A stretch of DNA of 64,000 bases from Armatimonadota bacterium (lineage in GTDB: Bacteria; Armatimonadota; SYMT01), in the NCBI GenBank assembly GCA_041690135.1, contig JAWLHY010000003.1, forward strand, positions 96,001 to 160,000, read 5' to 3'. The position numbers were made by a program, and so were the translations under genes. Below the pieces are notes generated by a model. The model did not search any database and had not been told where the DNA came from. It worked only from the letters and a program-made list of their open reading frames with translations. Shown here in pieces: positions 44,937 to 56,300 of this stretch; the stretch's first letter is position 1; each line of letters begins with the position of its first letter.

Positions 44937-47078
44937 CTATGGGGTCCACGCTGAATTCAGTTCGTACAGATCCACTTCGTGGATCTTGGCGGTGCCGCCG
45001 AGGGCGTAGAGCTGGAGGGAGTGGTCGTCGTCTTTTGGGAGGACGCCCATCGGCATGTAGGTGCGGCCGTCGTTGGCGAAGATCTCTAGGGAGGCGCGGT
45101 CCACCAGGAGCTGCAGCTTGACGCGGCCGTTGACGGGCTTGACGGGGGCCGTTTTCCCCTGGCAGAACAGGGTGTCGGTCTTGGCGTTGTAGAGCACCTG
45201 GATGCCGCGGACACGCAGGCTAACGGCCTCGGCGGTGCCGGGCTCGAATTCCAGACGGAGGTCCCATAGATCGCCCTGGAACGAGGCGAGTGGGTTCTGG
45301 TCCGGCGGGAGGGCCTGAGCACCCAGGTGGTGGTGCTTCCGGTGGAGCTTCGCCAGCTCACGGACGGGGTTGGCAAAGAGGCGCAGCCCCTCTTCGGTGG
45401 TCTGCAGCGACAGCTCGACCGGGAACGTCATCATCTGGTTGAACGGCATGGTCGGCAGGTTCACCTGGCCCCAGGCCACGCGGATCTTGCGACCATCGGC
45501 CGCGGGGAGATCGTTGTAGACCTGGGCGGCGTAGAAGCAGTTGCCCCAGTTGGTTCGGTGCTTCTCTCCTTCCGGCGTGAACTTCTTGCCGTCGAAGCGC
45601 CCGACGGCCGTGGCGCCGTCCGCGCCGAAGAGCGCCCAGCGAGTGTTCCGCGGGTCGCCGTCCACCGGAAGCTCCACCAGCTCCGGGCATTCGAAGTAGC
45701 CCTCGATCCAGTCCTGCGGCTCCCACTGCTTGAGGTCCTTCGAAGTGAGGAACAGGAGGCCGTTCTTCTGGTCCCGGACGCTGTAGAGCACGATGACCCA
45801 GTGCTTGCCGGGAGCGTACCAGAAGATCTTGGGATCGCGGCCCTCGTGCTTGAATACGGGGTTGCCCTCGAATTCCTGGAAGGTGCGCCCGCGGTCCGTG
45901 CTGTATACCAGGCACTCCCCGCGCCCCGTGCTGGTGTAGGCCGCCACCAGTGGAGGCTCCGTGCCCCGGCCGAACCCGGTGGTATTGTGCCGGTCCACCG
46001 CGGCGCTGCCGGAGAACGCCCAATCCCCAAATTTCCGGGGATAGAGGGCGATCGGCAGCTCCTTCCAGTGGACCATGTCGGTGCTGACGGCGTGCCCCCA
46101 GTGCATGTTCCCCCAGGCCCAGCCGTAGGGGTTGTGCTGGTAGTAGAGGTGGTACTCCCCCTCGTGGAACACCAGCCCATTGGGATCGTTGTTCCAGCCG
46201 CGGCGGGAGGTGAAGTGGAACTGCGGTCGCAGGCGCTCCCGGTAGAGGTTTTCCGTTCCCAGGATCGTGTCGGCCTGGACCACCGCCTCCAGGGCCTTCG
46301 TTCCCTCAGGCATGCGGTCCACCCGGAGCACCCCTTCCCGGCCCCGGAAAGCGGAGATGTCGAGGAAGACCCAGAAGTCCGGCTCCGCCTCCGCCAGCTC
46401 CATCTCGAACTCACGGATCGTCTCGGCGTCCACGGCCAGCGACACGCGGCGCTTCGGGGCTCCGTTCTTCACCGGCAGGTTGAGGTACTGCTTCTCCAGG
46501 AGGAGCGCGCGCCGCTGCTCGACCAGGGGCACGGCCTTGCGCATGTCACTCTGCACGATCTGGTCCACGTTGATGTGCCCCCAACCGCCGGTGGCGCGAT
46601 CCACGATTTCGATCCGCACGCTCTTGCCGGCCAGCTCCGCCACGTCCCAGGTGTGCCACTCCAGCCGCTCCGTGCCCGCGAACTGGTCGTTGGGTCCGGT
46701 GGCGGTGCGCACCACCTTTCCGTCCAGGAGCAAGTTGATGCAGGTCTCCCCAGGGTGGCCGCCGCCGCCCACCAGGAAATTCACGTACTTGCGGTCGATC
46801 TTGAGAACCGGCGAGAGCAGGCGGCCGGTGGACTTATCGCCCTCATAGAAGGAGTTCACCAGTCCCGCGCCCTGGAAGCCGCTCACCCCCATCTGATTGG
46901 GAAGGCTGCCGCGGGCGGGCCCGGGCCCGAAGGCGGTGCCCTCCACCTGCCAATCACCGTAGGTGGGAGCCTCGAAGTCGGCGATCAGGAGATCCTGCCG
47001 GCCTTCCGCCAGCGCCCAGGAAGCGGTGAGAAGACCGGTGAGGCTTACGGCGATTGCAAGGGTAGAAAGCGGCTTCAT
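44937..47078 (-). CDS. GH32 levanase/beta-fructofuranosidase, secreted, with N-terminal accessory domains
   Basis: WNNDPNG, FSGSA, RDPK and ECP catalytic motifs; signal peptide. Confidence 0.93.
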   Translation of the reverse strand: MKPLSTLAIAVSLTGLLTASWALAEGRQDLLIADFEAPTYGDWQVEGTAFGPGPARGSLPNQMGVSGFQGAGLVNSFYEGDKSTGRLLSPVLKIDRKYVNFLVGGGGHPGETCINLLLDGKVVRTATGPNDQFAGTERLEWHTWDVAELAGKSVRIEIVDRATGGWGHINVDQIVQSDMRKAVPLVEQRRALLLEKQYLNLPVKNGAPKRRVSLAVDAETIREFEMELAEAEPDFWVFLDISAFRGREGVLRVDRMPEGTKALEAVVQADTILGTENLYRERLRPQFHFTSRRGWNNDPNGLVFHEGEYHLYYQHNPYGWAWGNMHWGHAVSTDMVHWKELPIALYPRKFGDWAFSGSAAVDRHNTTGFGRGTEPPLVAAYTSTGRGECLVYSTDRGRTFQEFEGNPVFKHEGRDPKIFWYAPGKHWVIVLYSVRDQKNGLLFLTSKDLKQWEPQDWIEGYFECPELVELPVDGDPRNTRWALFGADGATAVGRFDGKKFTPEGEKHRTNWGNCFYAAQVYNDLPAADGRKIRVAWGQVNLPTMPFNQMMTFPVELSLQTTEEGLRLFANPVRELAKLHRKHHHLGAQALPPDQNPLASFQGDLWDLRLEFEPGTAEAVSLRVRGIQVLYNAKTDTLFCQGKTAPVKPVNGRVKLQLLVDRASLEIFANDGRTYMPMGVLPKDDDHSLQLYALGGTAKIHEVDLYELNSAWTP

Positions 47079-47100
47079 GGGATAGAGTTGGGTTCTCTTC

Positions 47101-47140
47101 GACACAGAGGGGCACAGAAGGGAAAAGAAGGGACACAGAG
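47101..47140. repeat. Degenerate ~10-mer tandem repeat (CACAGAG-type)
   Basis: GACACAGAGG GGCACAGAAG GGAAAAGAAG GGACACAGAG. Confidence 0.55.
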
Positions 47141-47400
47141 CTTCGCTTGCCTGTGGTCGAGCGGGATCATCCGGTCGTGCTGCCGGGGTCCGGTGCGTCT
47201 ACCAGTTCGTTTCGTAATTTCTGCGTTTCCTGCATTCCGGCTGATTTCGACGAAGTTGTTGAAGCCCGCTGCAGGTTTGCATCCATGAGGCCTGACAGCC
47301 GCATCCTTCCTTTTCCTCAATGATAATCCTCATCCGCGAAGCCCACCAGGAAGGGGGTCTCGGGCCGGGTCCCTAACTTCTCTGCGATAGGGAGTAGGCA

Positions 47401-48306
47401 TTGAGAAGTCATTTGATCGGGATCGATATTGGCGGCACCGGCGCAAAGCTGGGGTTCGTGGACGCAGAGGGGACGGTACTGGCGCGGGCACGGGTACCGA
47501 CCGGGTACGACGTGACGGGCGACCAGTTGGTGGAAGCCCTGATGCGCGCCGTGCAGGGGCTGCGGGCGCAACTGGACGCTACTTCGCTGGGGGTGGCGGC
47601 GCCGGGGATGCGGCGGCCGGACGGCGAAGGGGTGGTGAACGTGACCAACCTGCCGCACATCGACGGCTACCCCCTGCGGGAGGCACTGGAGAACGCCACC
47701 GGCCTGCCGACGGTCCTGGACAACGACGCCAACGCGGCAGCGCTGGGAGAGTACCGCTTTGGGGCGGGGCAGGGAATCTCGCGCCTGCTGGTGATGACCG
47801 TGGGGACCGGGATCGGCGGCGGGATGGTGGTGGACGGGGCGATTCACCGGATCGCCTGCCAGGGGCTGGGGGACCCGGGGCACGTGATCGTGAGCCCCGG
47901 CGGTCCCCGCTGCGGCTGCGGGGGGCGGGGCTGCGTGGAGACGCTGGCGGCGGTCCCGGCGATCCTGCGGCGCGCGGAGACCCTACGGGGTTCCGCGTTC
48001 GGCTCGCTGGGGGAGGTGGTCGCCGCCGCTCGCGCGGGAGATCCCGCGGCGGGCACGGCGCTGCGCGAGGCCGGCTCGCTGCTGGGAACCGCGCTGGCGA
48101 CCCTGACCCATCTCCTGGCGCCGGAACGGATCCTCCTGGGAGGAGGCGGGATCGATGCCGCCGAGGAACTGCTGATCGAGCCGATCCGCGCTTCCCTGTT
48201 CGATCACGTACAGCCTTACCTGGGGGAGCGCCTGAGCCTGCGGCGCGCGGCGCTCGGCAATGATGCCGGGTTGATTGGGGCTGCGGCGCTGGCGCCTTCG
48301 AATTGA
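47401..48306 (+). CDS. ROK-family sugar kinase
   Basis: IGIDIGGT, DNDANAAALGE, GTGIGGG, CGCGGRGCVE; no HTH. Confidence 0.92.
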   Translation: MRSHLIGIDIGGTGAKLGFVDAEGTVLARARVPTGYDVTGDQLVEALMRAVQGLRAQLDATSLGVAAPGMRRPDGEGVVNVTNLPHIDGYPLREALENATGLPTVLDNDANAAALGEYRFGAGQGISRLLVMTVGTGIGGGMVVDGAIHRIACQGLGDPGHVIVSPGGPRCGCGGRGCVETLAAVPAILRRAETLRGSAFGSLGEVVAAARAGDPAAGTALREAGSLLGTALATLTHLLAPERILLGGGGIDAAEELLIEPIRASLFDHVQPYLGERLSLRRAALGNDAGLIGAAALAPSN

Positions 48307-48321
48307 GAAGAGGTTGAACCC

Positions 48322-49932
48322 ATGCCCGGAATGATCGCGGCGCCGCAGCCGCTGGCGGTGGAAGAAGGGGCCAAGATCCTGACCGCCGGGGGGAACGCCT
48401 TCGACGCGGCCCTCGCCTGCGCATTCGTCCAGTTCGTGGTGGATCCACACTCCTGCGGGGTGGGCGGCTACTCGATCCTCACCTGCCACACCGCCGAGGG
48501 CGGGCCGCAGCCGATCCTCGACGCTCCCGCGGTGGCGGGTTCGCGGGTGACGCCGGAGATGTGGGAGGACCGGGTCATCGGTCCCAACCCCAGCGGATGG
48601 GGGTACTTCCTGGAGGGGAAGGTCAACGAGGACGGCTATCTCTCCGTCTGCACGCCGGGGGTGGTGCGGGGCCTGGAGGCGATGCACCGGCGCTGGTGCA
48701 CCCGGAGCTGGGGCGAGTTGATTGCTCCGGCCGCCCGGATCGCGGAGGAGGGGTTTACCGTGGGAGCGCACCTCGCCTACCGTTGGAAGGACCGGCCGAA
48801 CTTCTACGAGGGCTCCTCCCTCTTCCAGAAGCTGCATGTTACCCCGGACGCGCGGCGGATCTATCTGCAGGCCGACGGCACCGCGTACGACCTGGGAGAT
48901 ACGCTGCGCAATCCGGACCATGCCCGCACCCTCCGGCGGCTGGCGGAAGACGGCCCCGAGGATTTCTATACCGGGGACCTGGCGCGGGAGATGTCGACCG
49001 ACCTGGCGGCGAACGGTAGCTGGGTGACGGCCGACGATTTCGCGATGTATGCCGTGCGCGACGAAGAGGCGGTCCGGACCACCTACCGGGGTTATGAGAT
49101 CGTCACCTCGCAGCCGCCCCATGGCGGCCCCACGCTGGCCGCCATCCTGAACATCCTGGAAGGTTACGACCTGGCGGCCATGGACCCGAACTCCCCGGAG
49201 TACCTCTACCTGGTCTCCATGGCGATGAAGGCGGCGTTCGCGGATCGGAACCGGCACCTCGGCGATCCCCGGTTCGTGGACGTGCCGCTGGGGTGGATGG
49301 CCTCCAAACGACGCGCCGCCGAGTGGCGAGACTTGATCGCGGCAGGCGAGCCGATCCGGTGCGACCGGGTCCAGCCCGGCACGCCGGATACCACCCAGGT
49401 GACGGTGCTCGACCGCTGGGGGAACTGCGTATCGCTCACCCACTCCCTGGGCTCCTCCTCGGGCGCCATCACCCCCGGATTGGGGTTCATGTACAACAAC
49501 TCGATGGTGAACTTCCATCCCTATACGGGGCACCCGAACAGCATCGCGCCGCGGAAGGGGCGGACCACGGGGATGGCGCCGACGCTGGTCTACCGGGACG
49601 GGCGCCTGGTGCTCGCCCTGGGGGCGCCGGGCGCGACCCGAATCCTGACCTCCGTGCTGCAGGTGATCCTCAACCGGATCGACTTCGGGATGAGCATCAT
49701 GGAGGCGGTCGCGGCGCCTCGTTTCGACTGCCAGGGCGACATGATCGAGTGCCAGGCCCGGATCCCCGAATTTGTGTGTGCCGAGGTACGGAAGCACCAT
49801 CCGATCCGCCGGATTCCCCGCAGCCATGGGGGCTTCGGGCTGGTCCATGCCATCGCCATCGACGAACGGACGGGCCAGGTCACCGGTGCAGCCGATCCCG
49901 GCGCCGATGGGATGGCGCTCCGGGTGGAGTAA
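48322..49932 (+). CDS. ggt: Gamma-glutamyltransferase family protein (cytoplasmic)
   Basis: GGNAFDAA, Ntn nucleophile DTTQVTV, GFMYNN, GAPGATRI, GAADP. Confidence 0.9.
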   Translation: MPGMIAAPQPLAVEEGAKILTAGGNAFDAALACAFVQFVVDPHSCGVGGYSILTCHTAEGGPQPILDAPAVAGSRVTPEMWEDRVIGPNPSGWGYFLEGKVNEDGYLSVCTPGVVRGLEAMHRRWCTRSWGELIAPAARIAEEGFTVGAHLAYRWKDRPNFYEGSSLFQKLHVTPDARRIYLQADGTAYDLGDTLRNPDHARTLRRLAEDGPEDFYTGDLAREMSTDLAANGSWVTADDFAMYAVRDEEAVRTTYRGYEIVTSQPPHGGPTLAAILNILEGYDLAAMDPNSPEYLYLVSMAMKAAFADRNRHLGDPRFVDVPLGWMASKRRAAEWRDLIAAGEPIRCDRVQPGTPDTTQVTVLDRWGNCVSLTHSLGSSSGAITPGLGFMYNNSMVNFHPYTGHPNSIAPRKGRTTGMAPTLVYRDGRLVLALGAPGATRILTSVLQVILNRIDFGMSIMEAVAAPRFDCQGDMIECQARIPEFVCAEVRKHHPIRRIPRSHGGFGLVHAIAIDERTGQVTGAADPGADGMALRVE

Positions 49933-49937
49933 CGAGG

Positions 49938-50648
49938 ATGTCCGAAAACGAAGAGGGGCCGTGGACGGAAGCGCAGTGGGAGCGCTTCATGGAGGAGAGC
50001 GACATGCGCTCCGCGCGCTTCGGCGAACTGCTGGAGACGTTCATGGAGGACCCCGACCGGGACCGCATTGTGGCGCGGGAGATGGGCTGGACCTGGCTGG
50101 GGGAAGCCCTGGACGAGGAAGAACGCCTGGAGGAGCACCTGGAAGCGGTAGGAGAGCCGCTGCCCGCCCGGGACGAGCGCGTCGCGGCGTGCCCGTTTCC
50201 GGAGATCGCGGACCCGCCGGGCATGGACCCGGAGATCGACGCACGTCTCCAGCAGCAGGAGGAAGACCTGCAGCAGATGCCGGCCTACCGCCGCTCCTTC
50301 GACTTCGGCCTCCGCGCGCACGACGCATTGCAGCCCTACGTTACGGAGCAACACTTGCCGGGAGACACGATCCTGGAAGCGGTGACGAACTCCATGATCG
50401 TGGCGACCAAGATCGCCGGCGGGCACGCGATGGGATACCACCCGGATTCGCTGTGCGGCAATATCGTGCGATGTCGCCGGGGCCTGGAAGCGGCGGAGAA
50501 GTGCCTGGCCGCCATGCACACCCTCCGGGAGAACGGGGACATCCCCGCGGAGATCCTCGAACCGCTCATCGCGGAGTGCGAGGAGGTGCGGACGACCGTG
50601 GAGCATCACATCGCCCGGATGCGCAGCCAGGTGTGGTGGGACCGCTAA
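49938..50648 (+). CDS. Hypothetical alpha-helical protein
   Basis: ATG 5 bp after the ggt stop; acidic N-terminus, helical C-terminus. Confidence 0.75.
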   Translation: MSENEEGPWTEAQWERFMEESDMRSARFGELLETFMEDPDRDRIVAREMGWTWLGEALDEEERLEEHLEAVGEPLPARDERVAACPFPEIADPPGMDPEIDARLQQQEEDLQQMPAYRRSFDFGLRAHDALQPYVTEQHLPGDTILEAVTNSMIVATKIAGGHAMGYHPDSLCGNIVRCRRGLEAAEKCLAAMHTLRENGDIPAEILEPLIAECEEVRTTVEHHIARMRSQVWWDR

Positions 50649-50752
50649 GGTGGCTAAACAAAACCGCGGAATTAGGGAACCGTCTATGCCCGCGGACCAC
50701 ACGGAAAAACGCCGAAGGGGGACGCAGGCGATGCCCGACGCATGCGCCGGGA

Positions 50753-52054
50753 CTAACGATGCAACCGTCCCGGAACTGAATCAACCTGCTCCACCACAAG
50801 ATCGCCGGCGTCTCGGCGGGTGGGCATAGATATGTGGCGCGGGGAGGTTTCCTTGGGAAAGGGCTTTCCGTTTTCGTCGAGCCCGTTGGGGCCTACGCTG
50901 TAGAGGAGATAGACCCCACCCCGCCGACGGTACCGGTAGGGGTCCCCGGTGAAGGGATCGGTAGGGAGCACCGCCAGGATCTCGGGGGCGAGCGCCGCCA
51001 GGTCCGCCGGGTAGCGGCCGCGGCGGAGACGGTATTCGTGGAGCGCCAACTGGAGGCGCAACAGCTCCAGGCGCGCCCGGTTCAACTCGGGCATCTCATC
51101 CGTGGGCATTCCGTTCTGGAGCCGGTAAGGGAACCACCCCCGCGGATAGCTGCGATACCGCCGGCGCGGGAAGGGCTGCGCCGCCTCCTCCCGGACCTCT
51201 GCGTACCAGCGTTCCAGCTCCTCGTAACCGGAAGCGCGGGGATAGAGCGACAACAGCGCCCGATCCCGGAGGGCGCCCCAGGGGGTATCGCCTTCTTCCA
51301 GATTTAAAACCTGGCCGAAGCGGTGGGAATCCGTCAAAGCGTGCCGGGCCTGCAGGAGCGTTTCCAACCGGAGCTGCTCCACGCAGTCCTTCCACTCGGG
51401 AAAACGCGGGAGGATCTCTTCCAGGCGCCGCCCGACGGTGCGAGCTTCCACCGCCGTCAGGTAGGGAAGATAAGTGCGCGCGGCCTCTTCCCCCGAACGG
51501 GTCCAGAAGAAGCCGAAACGGTAGTCGACCTCCCGGCCCACCACTGCACTCAAGGCGACAGCGTCCAACGCGGTTTCGAATGCCTTCCCGGCGTGGCCGG
51601 ACTCTCGCTCGAGACGGCTTTGGGCCGTCAGCAGGAGGAGGGCCTCATGGCACCGGGGTAGGGGGAAGTCCGCGAGGTGGGGCCGAACGATCGCTCCGCC
51701 CAGCAAACGGCGCAGTTCGGTCAGGTCTTCCCGGTCGGCCTCCACCGCTTCCCGCAGGACGGGGAGCGGCGCCTCCATGGGCCGGCGGAGGGGTGTCACC
51801 CGCGGCAGGGGCGAGATCCGGTTCAGGGTTTCCACCAGCCGAACGTAACCGTTGTCCGTCGGGAGTGCGCGCTGGGGATAACGGAGCGGCGGGAGTGGCC
51901 GGTTGGACCAGCCCACGTAGCCCATCCCGCCCGCGAACAACAGTACGCCCAACACGAGGAGCGAGGCGCGGGCACTCCACCGGGCGCGCGCCTTTGCGGA
52001 TGGTAGGGGGAAGTGATCTTCGGAGTGCATCGGAGGGACCGTCTCCATTTCCAT
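50753..52054 (-). CDS. Membrane-anchored protein with C-terminal GspG/pseudopilin-like segment
   Basis: One TM helix; LHEYRLRRGRYPADL...PTDPFTG...YRY...LYSVGPNGLD. Start uncertain. Confidence 0.7.
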   Translation of the reverse strand: MEMETVPPMHSEDHFPLPSAKARARWSARASLLVLGVLLFAGGMGYVGWSNRPLPPLRYPQRALPTDNGYVRLVETLNRISPLPRVTPLRRPMEAPLPVLREAVEADREDLTELRRLLGGAIVRPHLADFPLPRCHEALLLLTAQSRLERESGHAGKAFETALDAVALSAVVGREVDYRFGFFWTRSGEEAARTYLPYLTAVEARTVGRRLEEILPRFPEWKDCVEQLRLETLLQARHALTDSHRFGQVLNLEEGDTPWGALRDRALLSLYPRASGYEELERWYAEVREEAAQPFPRRRYRSYPRGWFPYRLQNGMPTDEMPELNRARLELLRLQLALHEYRLRRGRYPADLAALAPEILAVLPTDPFTGDPYRYRRRGGVYLLYSVGPNGLDENGKPFPKETSPRHISMPTRRDAGDLVVEQVDSVPGRLHR

Positions 52055-52439
52055 CCCTGGGAAGTCACGCTGACGAAGAAGACGGCGGAAGCACGTCAAG
52101 CGTTTCGCATCCCTCTACCCAAAGAGGCCTCTCCCGGCATCTGTCGTGCGACAGTATGGCTCTGTAGACTCGTCTTCTCTTGTGCGATCGGTCCCGGCTG
52201 CCGAATCCGGTATTAGCACGAACGCTATTGCACCGGTAGCCTTTCAATTGGTGGCTAAAGTCGCAGGCGGGAACGGCACAAAACCTCCACCACACCCACA
52301 AGTGGGGGTCGAATGGACGGCCGTGGGCTCGCTGCTCACCATTCACTCCCGTGGCAAAAGCAGTTTCCACGCACGCAAGCAGTAACTCGTTGTTGTCATT
52401 GCCAGCAGTCTACACCCTTCTCCGTCTCCGAAAGCCCTC

Positions 52440-53330
52440 ATGCCCTCCCGCATCTGCCCTCCTTCGGTAAGCAATCGTTTTCATTGGTTGCTTCCCCTGT
52501 TGGCGATCTCGTGGACGGGAGGATCCGCCGGTGCCGCACCGGAAGTCCCCTCTCCGCCGCCAGCACCATTGGCATCAACGCTCCTGGCGCCGGAGTACTT
52601 GTCTCCGGACTTTTCGGCACCGCCGGCCCCGGTAGCGGCAGCGGAGGAGGAAGCCTCGGAGCCGCCGGTCACCGGCGGGATGGAAGTGGACTATGTATCC
52701 CGCTATATGTGGCGCGGGCAGCGGTGGAGCCGCGGGCCGGTGCTGCAGCCGAGCGGCTGGATCTCCGCGCGCGATTTCACCTTCAGCGTCTGGAGCAACT
52801 TCGTCCTGGGGGAGGAGCTGCAACAGGGCAAATTCAACGAGGTGGACTTCTATCTTTCCTATGCGGGCCACTGGGGAAAGCTGACGATCGAGCCTACCTT
52901 TCAGCACTACGTCTACCCGGGCCAGAACCACTCACCGCCGACGGGCGAGGTGGCGCTCAAGCTGGCATACCCCCTGGTGGGAGGGACCGCGTTCTTCGCC
53001 ACCCAGACCTGGGACGTGCTGGAGTACGGCGGCTCCTACTTCCTGGAAACGGGCCTGGAATGGGAGCGGGAAGTGGATGCCCGGACTACGGCGGAAGCGG
53101 CCTTCACGTTGGGCATCGGCTCGGGACGATTCAACGAGGTGTACATCGGTCCGCACGTCACGGCGCTGAACGCCGTGGTCTTCGAGGCGGCCGTGACCCA
53201 CTACCTCACCGACAAACTCTATATCAAGCCGCACCTGGGGATCAGCACCATCCTGGATGGGCACCTCCGCGACCAACTTCGCGGTCCGGACACCGTCTAT
53301 GCAGGTATTCTGGTCGGCAGCGATCTGTAG
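52440..53330 (+). CDS. TorF-like outer-membrane beta-barrel (putative porin)
   Basis: Signal peptide; SRYMWRG...PVLQP, FSVWSN, EVDFYLSY; alternating beta strands. Confidence 0.7.
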   Translation: MPSRICPPSVSNRFHWLLPLLAISWTGGSAGAAPEVPSPPPAPLASTLLAPEYLSPDFSAPPAPVAAAEEEASEPPVTGGMEVDYVSRYMWRGQRWSRGPVLQPSGWISARDFTFSVWSNFVLGEELQQGKFNEVDFYLSYAGHWGKLTIEPTFQHYVYPGQNHSPPTGEVALKLAYPLVGGTAFFATQTWDVLEYGGSYFLETGLEWEREVDARTTAEAAFTLGIGSGRFNEVYIGPHVTALNAVVFEAAVTHYLTDKLYIKPHLGISTILDGHLRDQLRGPDTVYAGILVGSDL

Positions 53331-53342
53331 CGAGCAATTACC

Positions 53343-56300
53343 GTGACCCTGCGCAAGAAAACCCTCTTCCTCTTCAGCCTCATCCTGCTGGGATTGGTCC
53401 TTTCCCTGTCGCTGGTGAACCGGGCCATCCTGTTCAGCGGATTCCGGCAGGTGGAACAGCGCCTGGTCCGTCGGAACATGACGCGCGCCCGGGCCATGCT
53501 GGAGGACTCCGCCGCGAAACTGGCTACGACGACGCAGGACTGGGCGTACTGGGACGATACGTACCGTTATGTGATCGGAGAGAACCGGTCCTACATTTCG
53601 GATAATTGCCAGAATGCCAGCCTCGCGACCCTCGGCCTGAGCCTCTTCCTGGTACAGGACCGCTCCGGCAAGCGCGTCTGGGGCACCGGGTTCGACCCAG
53701 GTAGGGGCGTAAAGACCGCGCTTTCCCCCGACATCCAGAAGTGGTTCACCGCCGGGCGTCTGGAGAAACTGCGCGGCCGGTTCGGCCGGGAGATCGCCGG
53801 TTTATTGCTCCTGGAAGACGGCCCCATGCTGGTAGCCGCCCGCCCGATCCTGCGCAGCAGTCAGGAAGGACCGGCCGTGGGCACGCTCATCTTCGGCCAG
53901 AAGCTCGACGAAGCGGCGTTTAGCAAGCTGTCTAAATTGACCCAGCTCAAACTGGGGTTCGAGCGCATCGGGGAAGGCAGCGCCTGGCAGACGGCTCTTC
54001 CGCACGCCGAACTCGGGCGGGATGAGGTAGTGGATCGCCCTCTCGATGAAAGCCGGATTGCCGGGTACACTGCGCTGCGGGATCTCTTCGACGCCCCGGT
54101 GCTGGTGCTGCGCGCGGAGATGCCGCGTGAAGCCTACCGGGAAGGAAAAGAGAGTGTCCGTCTCCTCGTCCTGTCCATCCTGGTGGCCGGTTTTGTGTTC
54201 GGGGTCGCAGCCCTCCTACTGATCGAGCGCTCCGTGCTCGGGCGCCTGGCAAGCCTCGACCGGGCTGTCAGCGAAGTGAGCGCCAGCGGCAGCCTGGAAC
54301 AGCGGGTCAAACTGGCCGGAAAGGACGAACTGGCTCGGCTCGCGGCCTCGATCAACCGGATGCTCGAGGCACTCCAGGGGTCGCAGGCCCGACAACGGAA
54401 GAGCGAGGCGGAGTACCGGCGGATCCTGGACACGGCCTATGAGGGGGTGCTGACCCTCGACTCCGCCGGGGTAATCACCTACGCCAACACCCGGATGGCG
54501 GAGATGTTGGGCGGCTCACCGGAGAAACTGGTCGGGCGACCGCTCCTGGACTGCATGCCGCCCGGAGACCTCGTGGCGGGTGGGGAACTCCTCGACCGGC
54601 TGCGGGCCGGCGCGAAAGAGCAGGTGGAACTGCGCCTGCGGTCCGAAGGAGGAGCAATGCTCTGGGTCCTGGCCTCGGTCAATCCGATTCATACCGAGTG
54701 CGGTGAGCCGGCCGGCGCCCTGGGAATGTTCACGGACGTTACCGAGCGGAAGCGGACGGAGCGGGCGTTGCACGAGGCCAAGGAAGCAGCCGAGGCGGCG
54801 ACCCGCGCCAAGAGCGAGTTCCTGGCGAACATGAGTCACGAGATCCGCACGCCCATGAACGGCATCATCGGGATGACGGAGCTAGCCCTGGAAACCGACC
54901 TGACCTCGGAGCAGCGCGAGTACCTGGAGATGGTCCGCACCTCCGCCGACTCGCTCCTTACGGTCATCAACGACATCCTCGACTTTTCGAAGATCGAAAC
55001 GGGCAAACTCCAGTTCGAGCGCGTGCCGTTCAGCATCGAAGAGTGCGTCGCCCATGCGGTCAAGTCCCTGGCAGTGCGGGCCGATCAGAAGCAGCTCGAG
55101 CTGGCCTACCATCTCCATCCGGAGTTGCCGGAAGCGGTGCTGGGCGATCCCGACCGCCTGCGCCAGGTGCTGATGAACCTGATCGGCAACGCCATCAAAT
55201 TCACGGACACGGGCGAAGTGGTGCTGGAGGTGGGCCCCGAGCCCCCCAGTTCGACCTGCTCCGCCACGCCGGGCGGGAGCCGAGAGGCTGTGCGGCTCCA
55301 CTTCTCCGTGCGGGATACGGGCATCGGCATTCCCGTCGATAAGCAGCGTTCGATCTTTGAGGCCTTTACCCAGGCGGATAGCTCCACCACGCGCCGTTAC
55401 GGAGGGACGGGCCTCGGACTCTCGATCTCCAAGCGCCTGGTAGGGCTGATGGGCGGTGCGATCTGGGTGGAGAGCGAGCCGGATCAGGGAAGCACGTTTC
55501 ACTTCACCGCGCGCTTCGCTCCCACGCAGGCTCCACCGAGAACTGTCCCCCGGGCCGACCTGGCCGACCTGCACGGCATGCCCGTCCTGGTGGTGGACGA
55601 CAACGCCACCAACCGCCGCATCCTGCAGGAGTTGCTGTTCCACTGGGGCCTCAACCCCACCCTGGTGCCGAGCGGCCGAGCCGCGCTGGAGGCGCTGCGC
55701 CGGTCCGCGGAGGCGGGGCAGCCCTACTCGCTGGCTCTGCTGGACGCGATGATGCCGGAGATGGACGGCTTTACCCTGGCAGAGACGATCCGCCGCGACT
55801 CCCGCCTGGCCCAAACCGTGCTGGTGATGCTCTCCTCCGCCGGACATCCCGAGCACGTGGTGCGGGCCGGAGAGATCGGTCTCGATGCCTACCTGTCAAA
55901 ACCGGTCCGGCCTTCGGAGTTGTTCGACCGGATCGCCCAGATCTTCCACGGCCACAGCCTGCTGCATCCCTCCGCGGATCTGGCGGCGGGGGCCGGAAAG
56001 ACCTCCGCCCAACCCGCTTCTGCCGAACACCCCCTCCGGATCCTGCTGGCGGAGGACAACCTGGTCAACCAGCGGCTGGCGGTACGGCTGCTCGCGCGAC
56101 ATGGTCACACCGTGATCCTGGCAAACAACGGCGAGGAGGCGGTGGCCCAGTGGGAACGACAGCCGGTCGATGTGGTGCTGATGGACATCCAGATGCCGGT
56201 GTGCAACGGGTTTGAGGCTGCACAGACGATCCGGCGCAGAGAGCAAGAAGGGCACTTGACCGCGGAGGGAACTAATGGCCGTCACACACCCATTGTCGCA

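Noticed and set aside
52100-52439. Riboswitch or sigma54 promoter upstream of the TorF-like gene
   Set aside because: No aptamer consensus recognised; GC-box spacing does not fit -24/-12.
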